NCBI GenBank assembly: GCA_030668545.1 | Contig: DAOUTT010000001.1 | Location: 1-31,007, forward strand | DNA: 31,007 nucleotides | Reading direction: 5' to 3' | DNA from: Anaerolineales bacterium | GTDB taxonomy: Bacteria; Chloroflexota; Anaerolineae; Anaerolineales; E44-bin32 | Part shown: positions 1-9,092 of the stretch, piece by piece | Position numbering within the stretch: position 1 is the stretch's first letter | Layout: each line of letters opens with the position of its first letter | Notes under the pieces: model-generated | The model's input: the letters and a program-made list of their open reading frames with translations, nothing else | What the model was told of the DNA's origin: nothing | The model's database searches: none | Translations under genes and position numbers: made by a program

Positions 1-2
1 AC

Positions 3-728
3 CTGCATAATCTCCGTCCTTCGCTTAAAGAATGTGAGCAGGAGATACACATTGAAAGCCCTTCCGTCAATCAAATCGCAGATATTTATGCACAACTGAG
101 CACTCAGACGAATTATATTTTATCCCTCCATTCATCCTCAGGATTAACCGATTCATTTAGAAACGCGCAAAAAGCCAGTCAACAGTTCCTGGGGAGGATG
201 GACATCCATGTGGTCGACTCCCAGACCACATCTATCGGGTTGGGATTGGTGGTCCAAACCTGTGTACAAGGAATGCAGCGGGGCGAATCGCTGGATAAAT
301 TGGTAAAAACCGTTCGCGGAATGATCACCCGCCTCTACACAGTCATGTTTCTTGATGATCTTTCTTATCTGGCACGAAAACAAATCGTAAGTCAGTCTCA
401 GGCAATTCTGGGAAATATGTTGGGGGTTATCCCCTTCCTGACTATCGAAAATGGTGACCTTCAACCCATGGAAAAGGTCCGATCTAGACCACGGGCGCTT
501 GAAAAGTTGATCGAATTCGTTTGTGAATTTTCTGGAGTAGATCACCTGGGTATCCTCCATGGATATGGAAAGCCAACGCAAGACGCACTTTATATCGCTG
601 AACGACTGCGTTCTTTATACCCGAGCTCGCCGATTACACAGGTATGTTACGGTCCTACGCTCGCACCGTTCATCGGCTTCAACGGTCTCGGGGCAATCGT
701 GCTCGAATCTAAAGAAGAATCCATATGA
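3..728 (+). CDS. DegV/FakB family protein, divergent paralog, 5'-truncated by the window edge
   Basis: The frame of the 198..728 ORF has no stop back to base 3 (...PSVNQIADIYAQLSTQTNYILSLHSSSGLTDSFRNAQKASQQFLGRMDIHVVDSQTTSIGLGL...). It carries DegV-type segments (VVDS..SIGLG; P.LTIENG.L.P.EKVRS). Stop overlaps the next ATG (ATGA). Confidence 0.85.
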   Translation: MHNLRPSLKECEQEIHIESPSVNQIADIYAQLSTQTNYILSLHSSSGLTDSFRNAQKASQQFLGRMDIHVVDSQTTSIGLGLVVQTCVQGMQRGESLDKLVKTVRGMITRLYTVMFLDDLSYLARKQIVSQSQAILGNMLGVIPFLTIENGDLQPMEKVRSRPRALEKLIEFVCEFSGVDHLGILHGYGKPTQDALYIAERLRSLYPSSPITQVCYGPTLAPFIGFNGLGAIVLESKEESI

Positions 729-1573
729 CCACCGAAAACAGTCCCTTTGCCATCGTAACGGACAGTACAGCTGACATCCCTATTGATACGGCAGAATCCC
801 TGAACATCTCCGTGATTCCAGCGGTGTTGACCTTGGACGGCGAAACGTATTTAGATGGTCTTGATATATCAAGAGCTGAGTTCTACCAGAGAATGCCAGA
901 CCTGCGGACACCTCCCACAACGGCTGTGCCATCCGTACTCGTCTTCGAAGAGACCTACCAACGCCTGTTTGAAAGCGGTGTCGAGCGCATCCTTTCTATC
1001 CACTTATCTTCCTATCTCAGCGGCATGGTCAATACCGCTAAGCAGGCAGCACACAACTTTGACGACCGCGTGAAAGTATTTGACAGCAGCCAGCTCTCCC
1101 TGGGTGTTGGCTTCCAAGCCATCGAGGCTGCCCAATCGGTCATGAAAGGATTGGTTTTCGACCAAGTTGTGAGTACGGCCAAACGATTTCGAGAGAGAGC
1201 GTATGTCGTTGCGCTGATCGATCGACTCGAATATATGCGCCGAAGCGGACGAGTTACCTGGCTTCGTGCCAATATCGGTGATTTTCTTCAAATCAAGCAA
1301 CTAGTGGAAGTAAAAGATGGTCTCGTAAATGCGCTTACACGAACTCGTACCTACACGAAGGCTTTCGAGCAATTAATCTCGATAGCCTCTACCTGGAAAA
1401 ATATTGAACGTCTCGCCGTGCTCCATTCCGGAGCGCCTGAAAGAGCTGAGGAGCTCACCGAGCAGGTGGTCGGCATGTGCCCTAACCCTTTGATGATCGT
1501 CGATATAACCACGACCATCGGTGTCCACGTTGGTCCAGGATGCGTTGGGCTCGCTGTTATAACACATGATTAA
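725..1573 (+). CDS. DegV/FakB fatty-acid-binding protein
   Basis: IVTDSTADIP N-terminus, TTAVPS, HLSSYLSG, YMRRSGRV and IGVHVGPG motifs typical of DegV. Confidence 0.93.
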   Translation: MTTENSPFAIVTDSTADIPIDTAESLNISVIPAVLTLDGETYLDGLDISRAEFYQRMPDLRTPPTTAVPSVLVFEETYQRLFESGVERILSIHLSSYLSGMVNTAKQAAHNFDDRVKVFDSSQLSLGVGFQAIEAAQSVMKGLVFDQVVSTAKRFRERAYVVALIDRLEYMRRSGRVTWLRANIGDFLQIKQLVEVKDGLVNALTRTRTYTKAFEQLISIASTWKNIERLAVLHSGAPERAEELTEQVVGMCPNPLMIVDITTTIGVHVGPGCVGLAVITHD

Positions 1574-1612
1574 CTCTGGCACTTTTACACCTTCCCACGT
1601 ATATTTAATATT

Positions 1613-4231
1613 ATGAACCCAGCCCTAGACAAACTCTCAAAGTTTCTTCGACTTGAAGCCGAGCGCGGCTATGATAATCGAGCGGTAGTAAGCGGTCTTC
1701 AGCAGATGCTACAACCCTGGGCGGAAGAAGCGAAAGCGTCAAACTTGGCGGATTCGTCCATCGAACTGGTCGTCTCCCGTCTAAGTGACTACGGCCGGCT
1801 CTCCCCAAACTCCCGCTATGAATCGCTCCAGGGTCTGTGGAACCGGCTTCGCAAGGTTCATCCTGAGCTTGCTGACGACCTTCTGCTTAAACCACCCACC
1901 GGGGACTCTCCCCCTTCTCAAGAGGCTGCGGTTATCGAAGCAGACATCGGGGACTCCCCCCCTTCTAAAGAGGCCGCGGTTATCGAAGCAGACATCGGGG
2001 ACTCCCCCCCTGCTATAGAGGCCGCGGTTATTGACGCAGATACCCGGGAACCCATTAAAACCCAGGATGACCTCCCCTCAACTCCATTACAGGAAAGCGC
2101 TGAGGAGAAAGCTGCTCCACCCGCAGCGGACCTGGAAAAGAAAGATTCCACCCCACCCTCACCTCCTGTCGCGCTCACCGCGCCCTTAACCACCGTACAA
2201 GGGATCGGGCCTAAGTCAGCGAAGACGCTTTCAAAGCTGGGCCTTGAGAATCTAGGCGACCTCCTCTGGCATCTTCCCCGGCGTTACGATGATTACTCCC
2301 AGCTCGAAACGATCAACCGTCTCTGGTATGGCCAGGATGTTACGGTCATCGGAACGATCGAGAAAATCGAGATGCGTGCAGTTCGTGGCGGTCGCATGAA
2401 GCTCACCGAAGCCGTGGTGAGCGATGGAACCGGATCCCTGCGGGTCACCTGGTTTAATCAGCCGTGGATTGCGAATAAATTAAAACCCGGCCGCGGTATT
2501 GTGTTATCCGGGAAAGTCGATCAGTACCTCGGTCGACTCACGATGAACAGTCCAGAGTGGGAGCCGCTCGAACGGCATCAACTTCATACGAATCGAATCG
2601 TGCCGGTTTACCCTCTGACAGCTGGCGTATCTGGAAAGTGGCTGCGGCGTGTAATCCACTCGGTCGTTCAGCGCTTGGCACCTCGTGTCCCGGACCCAAT
2701 CCCAGCCGAGATTCGCCAATCTGCAGATCTCGTTCCCTTAAGCGTCGCCCTGCAGCAAATCCATTTCCCTGACGACCAGGATCAACTTAATAAGGCACAG
2801 CACCGGCTGGCCTTTGGCGAGATGTTCATGCTCCAGCTGGGCGTATTGCGGCAAAAACAGGATTGGGAGCAGCTCGTTTCCGAACCCCTTCAGGTCGAAG
2901 ATCAATGGCTCGACCACTTCACATCTAACCTTCCATACACACTCACTAATGCCCAGAAAGGGGCGCTGGACGACATCCGAAAGGATATGGCCTCTTCGAA
3001 ACCAATGAATCGCTTGCTCCAGGGAGATGTTGGCTCTGGGAAAACTGTGGTTGCCGCGGCTGCCATTGGCATTACCGCTTCCAACAAGGCGCAATCCGCT
3101 TTTATGGCACCCACGAGCATCCTTGCCGACCAACACTTTCATACCCTGCGCGAACTGCTTCCCGTTTCAGCACAAATTCCTGAAGAATCCATCCGGCTGC
3201 TTATCGGTGCCACTCCCGAAGCAGAGAAAAACGAGATTCGCCAAGGGTTAGAAGAGGGCGTAATCCAAGTCATCATTGGAACCCACGCGCTGATCGAAGG
3301 TCCGGTAAACTTCAAACAACTTGGTCTGGTGATCATCGACGAGCAGCATCGCTTCGGTGTCGAGCAGCGGGCAGCCCTACGCGACAAAGGACAGAACCCG
3401 AATCTATTGGTTATGACCGCGACACCGATTCCGCGATCCCTCGCGCTGACAGTCTTCGGCGATCTGGATCTAACCCTTCTGGATGAAATGCCTCCCGGCC
3501 GCCAACCAGTGGATACCCGCGTATTATTACCGCGTGAGCGTTCACGCGCACATGTGTTCGTTGACAGCCAAATAGAAAAAGGAAAACAGGCTTTCATCAT
3601 CTATCCACTCGTCGAGGGCTCGGAGAAGGTCCAGACGAAGGCTGCAGTCGATGAACATCAGATATTACAAGAGAATGTCTTCCCTTCGCACAAGGTTGGT
3701 TTGCTTCACGGACGTATGCGCCAGGAAGAAAAAGAGCAGGTCATGAATGAATTTCGGAAAGGCGAGAATGATGTCCTGGTGTCCACTTCTGTCGTTGAGG
3801 TGGGCATGGATATCCCCAATGCGACAGTGATGCTTATCGAAGGGGCAAATCATTTTGGACTAGCGCAGCTTCACCAATTCAGAGGCCGCGTAGGCCGGGG
3901 GGATTCTCAGTCCTATTGTCTTCTAATTCCTGACCGCGACGATGATGTTGAGAATGCCCGCCTGACCGCCATGCAAGCGACCAATGACGGCTTCGAACTC
4001 GCCGATTTGGATCTCGAACAACGCGGTCCAGGCGATTTCCTTGGCACTCGCCAATCGGGTTTTGCACAGCTCCGCGCAGCTCAACTCACGGATATCCGCC
4101 TGATTGAGAAAGCACGTCGAGAGGCAATCCGCCTTTTCGAAGAGGATCCAGAACTTACTAAACCCGAGCATGAGGCGCTTGCACTGGAGCTGGCACGCTT
4201 CTGGTCTATCGAGAAGGGAGAGATCAGCTGA
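1613..4231 (+). CDS. recG: ATP-dependent DNA helicase RecG with N-terminal helical extension and low-complexity linker
   Basis: Wedge domain (HLPRRYDD, VTWFNQPW), LQGDVGSGKT Walker A, DEQHRFGV, MTATPIPRSL, QFRGRVGRG and TRG motif (RGPGDFLGTRQSG). Confidence 0.97.
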   Translation: MNPALDKLSKFLRLEAERGYDNRAVVSGLQQMLQPWAEEAKASNLADSSIELVVSRLSDYGRLSPNSRYESLQGLWNRLRKVHPELADDLLLKPPTGDSPPSQEAAVIEADIGDSPPSKEAAVIEADIGDSPPAIEAAVIDADTREPIKTQDDLPSTPLQESAEEKAAPPAADLEKKDSTPPSPPVALTAPLTTVQGIGPKSAKTLSKLGLENLGDLLWHLPRRYDDYSQLETINRLWYGQDVTVIGTIEKIEMRAVRGGRMKLTEAVVSDGTGSLRVTWFNQPWIANKLKPGRGIVLSGKVDQYLGRLTMNSPEWEPLERHQLHTNRIVPVYPLTAGVSGKWLRRVIHSVVQRLAPRVPDPIPAEIRQSADLVPLSVALQQIHFPDDQDQLNKAQHRLAFGEMFMLQLGVLRQKQDWEQLVSEPLQVEDQWLDHFTSNLPYTLTNAQKGALDDIRKDMASSKPMNRLLQGDVGSGKTVVAAAAIGITASNKAQSAFMAPTSILADQHFHTLRELLPVSAQIPEESIRLLIGATPEAEKNEIRQGLEEGVIQVIIGTHALIEGPVNFKQLGLVIIDEQHRFGVEQRAALRDKGQNPNLLVMTATPIPRSLALTVFGDLDLTLLDEMPPGRQPVDTRVLLPRERSRAHVFVDSQIEKGKQAFIIYPLVEGSEKVQTKAAVDEHQILQENVFPSHKVGLLHGRMRQEEKEQVMNEFRKGENDVLVSTSVVEVGMDIPNATVMLIEGANHFGLAQLHQFRGRVGRGDSQSYCLLIPDRDDDVENARLTAMQATNDGFELADLDLEQRGPGDFLGTRQSGFAQLRAAQLTDIRLIEKARREAIRLFEEDPELTKPEHEALALELARFWSIEKGEIS
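1901..2044 (+). repeat. In-frame tandem repeat, 3 x 48 bp (16 aa) in the RecG linker
   Basis: Units start at 1901, 1949 and 1997 and encode GDSPPSQEAAVIEADI / GDSPPSKEAAVIEADI / GDSPPAIEAAVIDADT. Confidence 0.95.
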
Positions 4232-4758
4232 TGGTACGGGCAGTTTTCCCAGGGACATTTGATCCCGTTCACTTTGGTCATATTGACATTGCCAATCGAG
4301 CCGCACGGATTTTCGATGAGCTCATCATCGCCGTATACGACAACCCGCCAAAAAACCTGCTCTTCTCAGCAGCCGAACGCTTGGAAATGGCCAACAAAGC
4401 TTTCGCCGATAATGAGCGGATTCACGCGAGCATCTTCAGTGGACTGATTGTAAATTATTGTCGTGACGTTGAAGCTAACGTGATCGTCCGCGGTTTGCGT
4501 GTTTTCTCCGATTTCGAGCACGAATTCCGCATGGCGCTGGCAAACCACCGCTTGGACTCGGATATTGACGTCGTTCTACTGATCACCAGTGAGGAGCACA
4601 GCTTTCTTACCGGCAGTACAGTCAAAGAAATCGCTTCTTTAGACGGTGATGTGACCACGCTTGTTCCAGATTTTGTACATACTGCTCTGGTAAAACGTTT
4701 TCAAGATCTCGGCGACGATGGACCCAATGTCGTCCCGATGACTGCATTGCGAGATTGA
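4231..4758 (+). CDS. coaD: Phosphopantetheine adenylyltransferase
   Basis: FPGTFDPVHFGHIDI (HxGH), IVRGLR..SDFEHE. Start overlaps the recG stop (TGATG). Confidence 0.96.
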   Translation: MVRAVFPGTFDPVHFGHIDIANRAARIFDELIIAVYDNPPKNLLFSAAERLEMANKAFADNERIHASIFSGLIVNYCRDVEANVIVRGLRVFSDFEHEFRMALANHRLDSDIDVVLLITSEEHSFLTGSTVKEIASLDGDVTTLVPDFVHTALVKRFQDLGDDGPNVVPMTALRD

Positions 4759-4858
4759 GCAATGTTGACGCAAAACCCTGTTTGGTGTACGCTTCGGCCC
4801 AAACCTTGCATCCTTGGAATCAGGTCTATCTGAACAACGGGGTGGACCGGAGGGATCT

Positions 4859-5365
4859 ATGGATATCCTGCACCTAGTGGATCGATTGGAAGAGCTCTTC
4901 AATGAGAGTTTTGCGATTCCACTGACCAATAACGTCATCGTCAACGAAGATCGAATGCTGGAGATTATCGACCAGATGCGTATCTCGATCCCTGATGAGG
5001 TGAAGAACGCTCAACAGGTTATCGCACAGCGTGATCGTGTTTTAGCCCAGGCACAGGAAGAAGCCCATCGGACGGTTAAACTGGCGAAAGATAAGGGGGA
5101 TGACATCATCGCCCGTGACGCAATCGTCGAAGCAGCCCAGAGTCGCGCTGATCAAATCATCGCTCAGGCGCGAGTCGAGGTCGAAAATATCCGCATCGAA
5201 GCCGATGATTACATCATCGAAACACTGGGAGCGCTCGAACTCGAACTCTCAAATCTAATCAACCAAGCTCGAAATGGAATCGCAAAATTAACGGCTGAAA
5301 GACAGGGTTTCGCCGGTGAGTTTGAAGATACTGTCGAGGAGGAAGAAACAGAGGCAGAGGAATAG
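4859..5365 (+). CDS. Coiled-coil protein of the SepIVA / DivIVA-like family (conserved coaD neighbour)
   Basis: GGAGGG SD before ATG 4859. MDILHLVDRLEELFNES..IPLT...V....LEIIDQMRISIPDEVK.AQ.VIAQRD pattern, followed by a long Ala/Glu/Gln coiled coil. Family assignment is from recall. Confidence 0.7.
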   Translation: MDILHLVDRLEELFNESFAIPLTNNVIVNEDRMLEIIDQMRISIPDEVKNAQQVIAQRDRVLAQAQEEAHRTVKLAKDKGDDIIARDAIVEAAQSRADQIIAQARVEVENIRIEADDYIIETLGALELELSNLINQARNGIAKLTAERQGFAGEFEDTVEEEETEAEE

Positions 5366-5408
5366 CCCGCGAAAACCACCATTGTATTGAAGCGCAGAGA
5401 AAAGTAGT

Positions 5409-5452
5409 GACCGCCCTTACCAAATTATACTTCGAGGTTCGGCGGTCTTTTT
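5409..5452. terminator. Probable terminator between convergent genes
   Basis: GACCGCC (5409-5415) / GGCGGTC (5441-5447) stem followed by TTTTT, located between converging stops. The loop is long. Confidence 0.5.
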
Positions 5453-5485
5453 ACTTAAACCAGTCGGAAACCACGCACATTCAGT

Positions 5486-7159
5486 CTAAACACCTTTGGC
5501 TGTTTCGTCTCCATTCAGTGACTGTTCCGTGATAAGTTGAGATCCATCCTGTTTCTCGCGGGAGAGGTTGGCAGCTGCCTCAATGAAACCCTTGAAAAGT
5601 GGATGGGGGCGATTAGGGCGTGATAGGAACTCAGGATGGAACTGACTTCCAACCATGAAGGGATGGTCCGTAAACTCTGCAATTTCCACAAGTTTGCCAT
5701 CCGGTGACTCCCCGGAGAAGACCATGCCTTTTGAGTTGAAAATCTCCCGGTAGTTGTTGTTGAACTCAAATCGGTGGCGATGGCGCTCTTGCACTAATGA
5801 TTGTCCGTAGGCACCAGCAGCGATCGTGCCATCAAGAAGCTGGCAAGGATACAATCCCAACCTCATCGTCCCACCTAATTCAGCAATACCCCGCTGCTCT
5901 GGGAGCAGATCGATGACAGGATGCGGCGTATTGCGGTTGAACTCCGTCGAGTTTGCATCCTCAGAATCGAACACATAGCGTCCAAATTCAATAACCATCA
6001 CCTGCATTCCAAGGCATAACCCCAGGTAAGGCACCTGTTTCTCACGGGCATAACGAGCAGCCGCGATTTTTCCCTCAATCCCGCGTGCGCCGAATCCACC
6101 GGGCACGATAATCCCGTCCGCTTGAATAAGCTCATCCCAACCTTTCCCTCGTTCCAATTCAGCAGAATGCAGCCAAAGGATATCAGCGTCTACACCCGCA
6201 GCCAACGACGCGTGGCGCACTGCCTCACGGACGCTCATATAAGCATCTTTTAGCTCAACATATTTCCCCACAATGGCAATTTTGACCTTCGGTCGAGGTT
6301 TGCGTTGCTCAGCGATCAAGGACTCCCACTCAGTCCAATCTGGTTTCTTGCGGCTTTCGAGGCCCATGCGAGACAGGACATACTTCCCAACCCCTTCCTT
6401 TTCCAGCAAGAGCGGTATTTCATAGAGAACTGAAGTCGTAGAAAGGGGAATCACGGCTCGCTCCTCGACATCGCAGAACAGGGCGATCTTCTCGCACAGG
6501 TCATGCCTAATGGGGTAATCCGACCGGGCGATGATCATGTCGGGCTGAATACCAATCGAGCGCAGTTCACGAACCGAGTGCTGGGTTGGCTTGGTCTTCA
6601 ACTCACCCGTCGCGCCGATATGAGGGAGCCAAGTGACATGGATGTAGACGGTATTCTCTCGACCCAGATTCGCGCGCATCTGCCGTAGTGCCTCAAGGAA
6701 GGGCAGCGATTCGATATCCCCAACCGTACCGCCGACTTCTACCAGGACGATCTCTGCATTTGTGGCCGTCGGGACAAGGCTGATCGTTCGTTTGATTTCA
6801 TTCGTAATATGCGGGATCACCTGGATTGTGCCCCCCAAGAAATCCCCCTTCCGCTCACGGGCTATTACTTCAGAATAAATTTGACCCGTGGTGATGTTGC
6901 AAACAGAGCTGAGGCTGGCATCGATGAAACGCTCATAATGTCCAAGGTCCAAATCAGTCTCAGCGCCATCATCCAAGACAAAGACCTCGCCATGTTGATA
7001 AGGGCTCATCGTACCCGGATCAACGTTAATATAAGGATCGAGCTTCTGGATGGAAACCGTAAAACCGCGTTCTTTCAGCACCTTACCTAATGCAGCCGCG
7101 GTGATCCCTTTGCCGACGGAGCTAACGACACCCCCGGTCAGAAAGATATACTTCTCCAC
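5486..7159 (-). CDS. pyrG: CTP synthase
   Basis: [42 protein letters not shown] (catalytic Cys), ERHRHRFE and QFHPEF motifs. Confidence 0.98.
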   Translation of the reverse strand: MEKYIFLTGGVVSSVGKGITAAALGKVLKERGFTVSIQKLDPYINVDPGTMSPYQHGEVFVLDDGAETDLDLGHYERFIDASLSSVCNITTGQIYSEVIARERKGDFLGGTIQVIPHITNEIKRTISLVPTATNAEIVLVEVGGTVGDIESLPFLEALRQMRANLGRENTVYIHVTWLPHIGATGELKTKPTQHSVRELRSIGIQPDMIIARSDYPIRHDLCEKIALFCDVEERAVIPLSTTSVLYEIPLLLEKEGVGKYVLSRMGLESRKKPDWTEWESLIAEQRKPRPKVKIAIVGKYVELKDAYMSVREAVRHASLAAGVDADILWLHSAELERGKGWDELIQADGIIVPGGFGARGIEGKIAAARYAREKQVPYLGLCLGMQVMVIEFGRYVFDSEDANSTEFNRNTPHPVIDLLPEQRGIAELGGTMRLGLYPCQLLDGTIAAGAYGQSLVQERHRHRFEFNNNYREIFNSKGMVFSGESPDGKLVEIAEFTDHPFMVGSQFHPEFLSRPNRPHPLFKGFIEAAANLSREKQDGSQLITEQSLNGDETAKGV

Positions 7160-7190
7160 CTCAGCTCACCTCCCCCGCTCAAAGTTGGTT

Positions 7191-7231
7191 AAAAGAGAAG
7201 TGGGGAGGGTCATGTTCGTGCCCCTCCCCAC
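7191..7231 (-). terminator. Intrinsic terminator-like hairpin about 30 nt upstream of the pyrG start
   Basis: 10-bp stem (7200-7209 / 7222-7231, GTGGGGAGGG / CCCTCCCCAC) followed on the - strand by TTCTCTTTT. Confidence 0.7.
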
Positions 7232-7277
7232 CTGCTTTCGAGACTTCCGCTCGAACGGATGCCTGTTTTCCTTCTCA

Positions 7278-7649
7278 CTAGACCAGTTTCTCCAAGTCCT
7301 CGGCAGCACGCCTCATCTCGAGAAAAACCAATCCGAGTTTGGCATGCTTACGTGCCAAGACGGTCAGAACTGCGCCATTACCAATCGAGGTGAGGAGAAC
7401 GTAACCATCATCACCATGAATGTAAACCTCATCCAGGCCGCCCCGTCCGAGCTCGCCAGCGATCCGTTCGCCTAGACTGAGCATAGCCGCGGACATCGCC
7501 GAAACCCGATCCTCTTCAATGGAAGTAGGCAGTACAGCGGCGATCGTAAGACCATCAACACTCACAACAGCCGATGCTTCTACGTCAGGCGTTCTACCCT
7601 GTAAATCATGCAACCGATCGACCATGGCTTCGTGGGCTGTTTTTTCCAT
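7278..7649 (-). CDS. Roadblock/LC7 (MglB-like) domain protein
   Basis: VVSVDGLTIAA, RVSAMSAAMLSLGERIAGELGRG.L.EV.I.GDDGYVLL and LGLVFLEMRR motifs; 123 aa. Confidence 0.9.
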   Translation of the reverse strand: MEKTAHEAMVDRLHDLQGRTPDVEASAVVSVDGLTIAAVLPTSIEEDRVSAMSAAMLSLGERIAGELGRGGLDEVYIHGDDGYVLLTSIGNGAVLTVLARKHAKLGLVFLEMRRAAEDLEKLV

Positions 7650-7770
7650 CCGAATTTTCCCTAATCCATTTTATGAACCCCGACAGTCTATCATAGCCGA
7701 GGATTCTGAGCAAGAAGAATGGGCTCCTATGCCTACTTGGCGAGGTCTTCAGGACGAAGCATGTCCCTTA

Positions 7771-8327
7771 ATGTCATTGAGGGCGAAGCGACCTCCTCCA
7801 TCCTTAGCGAGAGATTGCCGCATCGCCCTAGCGGGCTCCTCGCAACGACACGCGCAGCAATGCCTTGGCCTCTTTTGTCTATTTCGAGCACAGCGAGAAA
7901 TCCCTACGATGTTACTCGTGAGGAATCCTTCATTGGAACGGATGCTCTCCCCGTGTGACGAAATACGCCCTTTAATGTCATTGCGAGCGAAGCGAAGCAA
8001 TTTCATCCTTTCTTGTCGGGAGATTGCCACGTCGCCCTATCGGGCTCCTCGCAATGACACGCGCGGCAACACCTTTCCTCTTTTGTCATTTCGAGCACAG
8101 CGAGAAATCCCTACGATGTTGCTCGTGAGGAATCCTTCTTTAGAACGGATACGTACCTGTGAGACGAAATACGCCCCATGATGTCATTGCGAGCGAAGCG
8201 AAGCAATCTCGTCCTTTCTTGTCGGGAGATTGCCACGTCACCCTATCGGGCTCCTCGCAATGACACGCGCGGCAACACCTTTCCTCTTTTGTCATTTCGA
8301 GCGCAGCGAGAAATCCCTACGATGTTG
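7771..8327. repeat. Tandem array of 3 palindromic REP-like units (periods 204 and 206 bp)
   Basis: Units start at 7771, 7975 and 8181 (ATGTCATTG...). In unit 3, TGTCATTGCGAG (8182-8193) pairs with CTCGCAATGACA (8254-8265), and GCAATCTC (8203-8210) pairs with GAGATTGC (8226-8233). Each unit also has an unpaired variant arm, TGTCATTTCGAGC(A/G)CAGCGAGAAATCCC. Confidence 0.9.
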
Positions 8328-8522
8328 TTCTGGAGGACTCCACATATAGAAAAGAGAGAATTCCCCATTCCTTAGATTCTTAAACGATGACTTGTATCGT
8401 TTCGGGGACTTCTCCCATAAGCAGGCTCCACGCTCCCTTCAGCCGGAGTACTGACCTGGATTGGGCTCACCTGTGCAAGTTTGAAATGATGGTTTTAAGT
8501 AGAAAAAGGGGCGATCGTGATG

Positions 8523-9086
8523 TTATTCGCTTTTCTTGTTAGGGACTAATCCCGAGAGCAGATGGACGATAACCTTCCCCCGCTCCAGATCGACATCACG
8601 AATAACAGATTCGATTGCCGGAAGAAGTACTTCCTCGCCATTTTCGTTGCGAACAATAAAGACATCATTGGCACCAGTCTCGAGAATCTCTGCGATTTCG
8701 CCCAGCACTTCCCCGTCCTCGCAGCAGACACTCAATCCGAGCAGCTGCCAGTGGTAGTATTCCCCCTCCTGCAGAGATTCAACCTCACCAGATTCCAGCC
8801 GGATCTCCCTATCACGCCACTGCTCAGCCGTATTTCGATCATCACAACCTTCAATCGCGAGAAGGTAGCGTCCGCGATGCAAGCGGATGGAGGTGACAAT
8901 CGAGGGTGTTGTCGTTTCACCCAGGAATATCTCCATCCCCGGGCGGACCGATTGGATCAGTTTCGAGAATTGCTCAACAACAAGCCCGCCTCGAATCCCA
9001 TGAGGACGAACAATGCGCCCGACAACCAGAAAATTCGGTGGTTGACGGGCGCTTCCCTTCTCAGGTGAATCTGAAGGTCGAACCAT
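8523..9086 (-). CDS. rimM: 16S rRNA processing protein RimM
   Basis: VVGRIVRPHGIRG, EGEYYHWQLLGL.V, ETGANDVFIV and VLLPAI motifs; position in the ffh-rpsP-KH-rimM cluster. Confidence 0.96.
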   Translation of the reverse strand: MVRPSDSPEKGSARQPPNFLVVGRIVRPHGIRGGLVVEQFSKLIQSVRPGMEIFLGETTTPSIVTSIRLHRGRYLLAIEGCDDRNTAEQWRDREIRLESGEVESLQEGEYYHWQLLGLSVCCEDGEVLGEIAEILETGANDVFIVRNENGEEVLLPAIESVIRDVDLERGKVIVHLLSGLVPNKKSE

Positions 9087-9092
9087 TCGCGA

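Noticed and set aside
7771-8327. Repeat array considered as a CRISPR array
   Set aside because: The sequences between the palindromes are themselves repeated rather than unique spacers, the period is about 205 bp, and no cas genes are present.
7519-8375. ORFs 7519..8181, 7719..7958, 7749..8030 and 8178..8375 across the repeats
   Set aside because: They are translations of the palindromic repeat (MSLRAKRS...), overlap the roadblock gene antisense, and show no protein family features.
8415-8490. Segment CCAGGTCAG...CCGG...AAGGGAGC on the - strand resembling SRP RNA helix 8 (near ffh) or the 3' half of SAM-I
   Set aside because: It lacks the correctly spaced CAGG-UCC-GNRA-GGA-AGCAG core, and the SAM-I 5' half is absent. 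A cmscan against Rfam would settle it.
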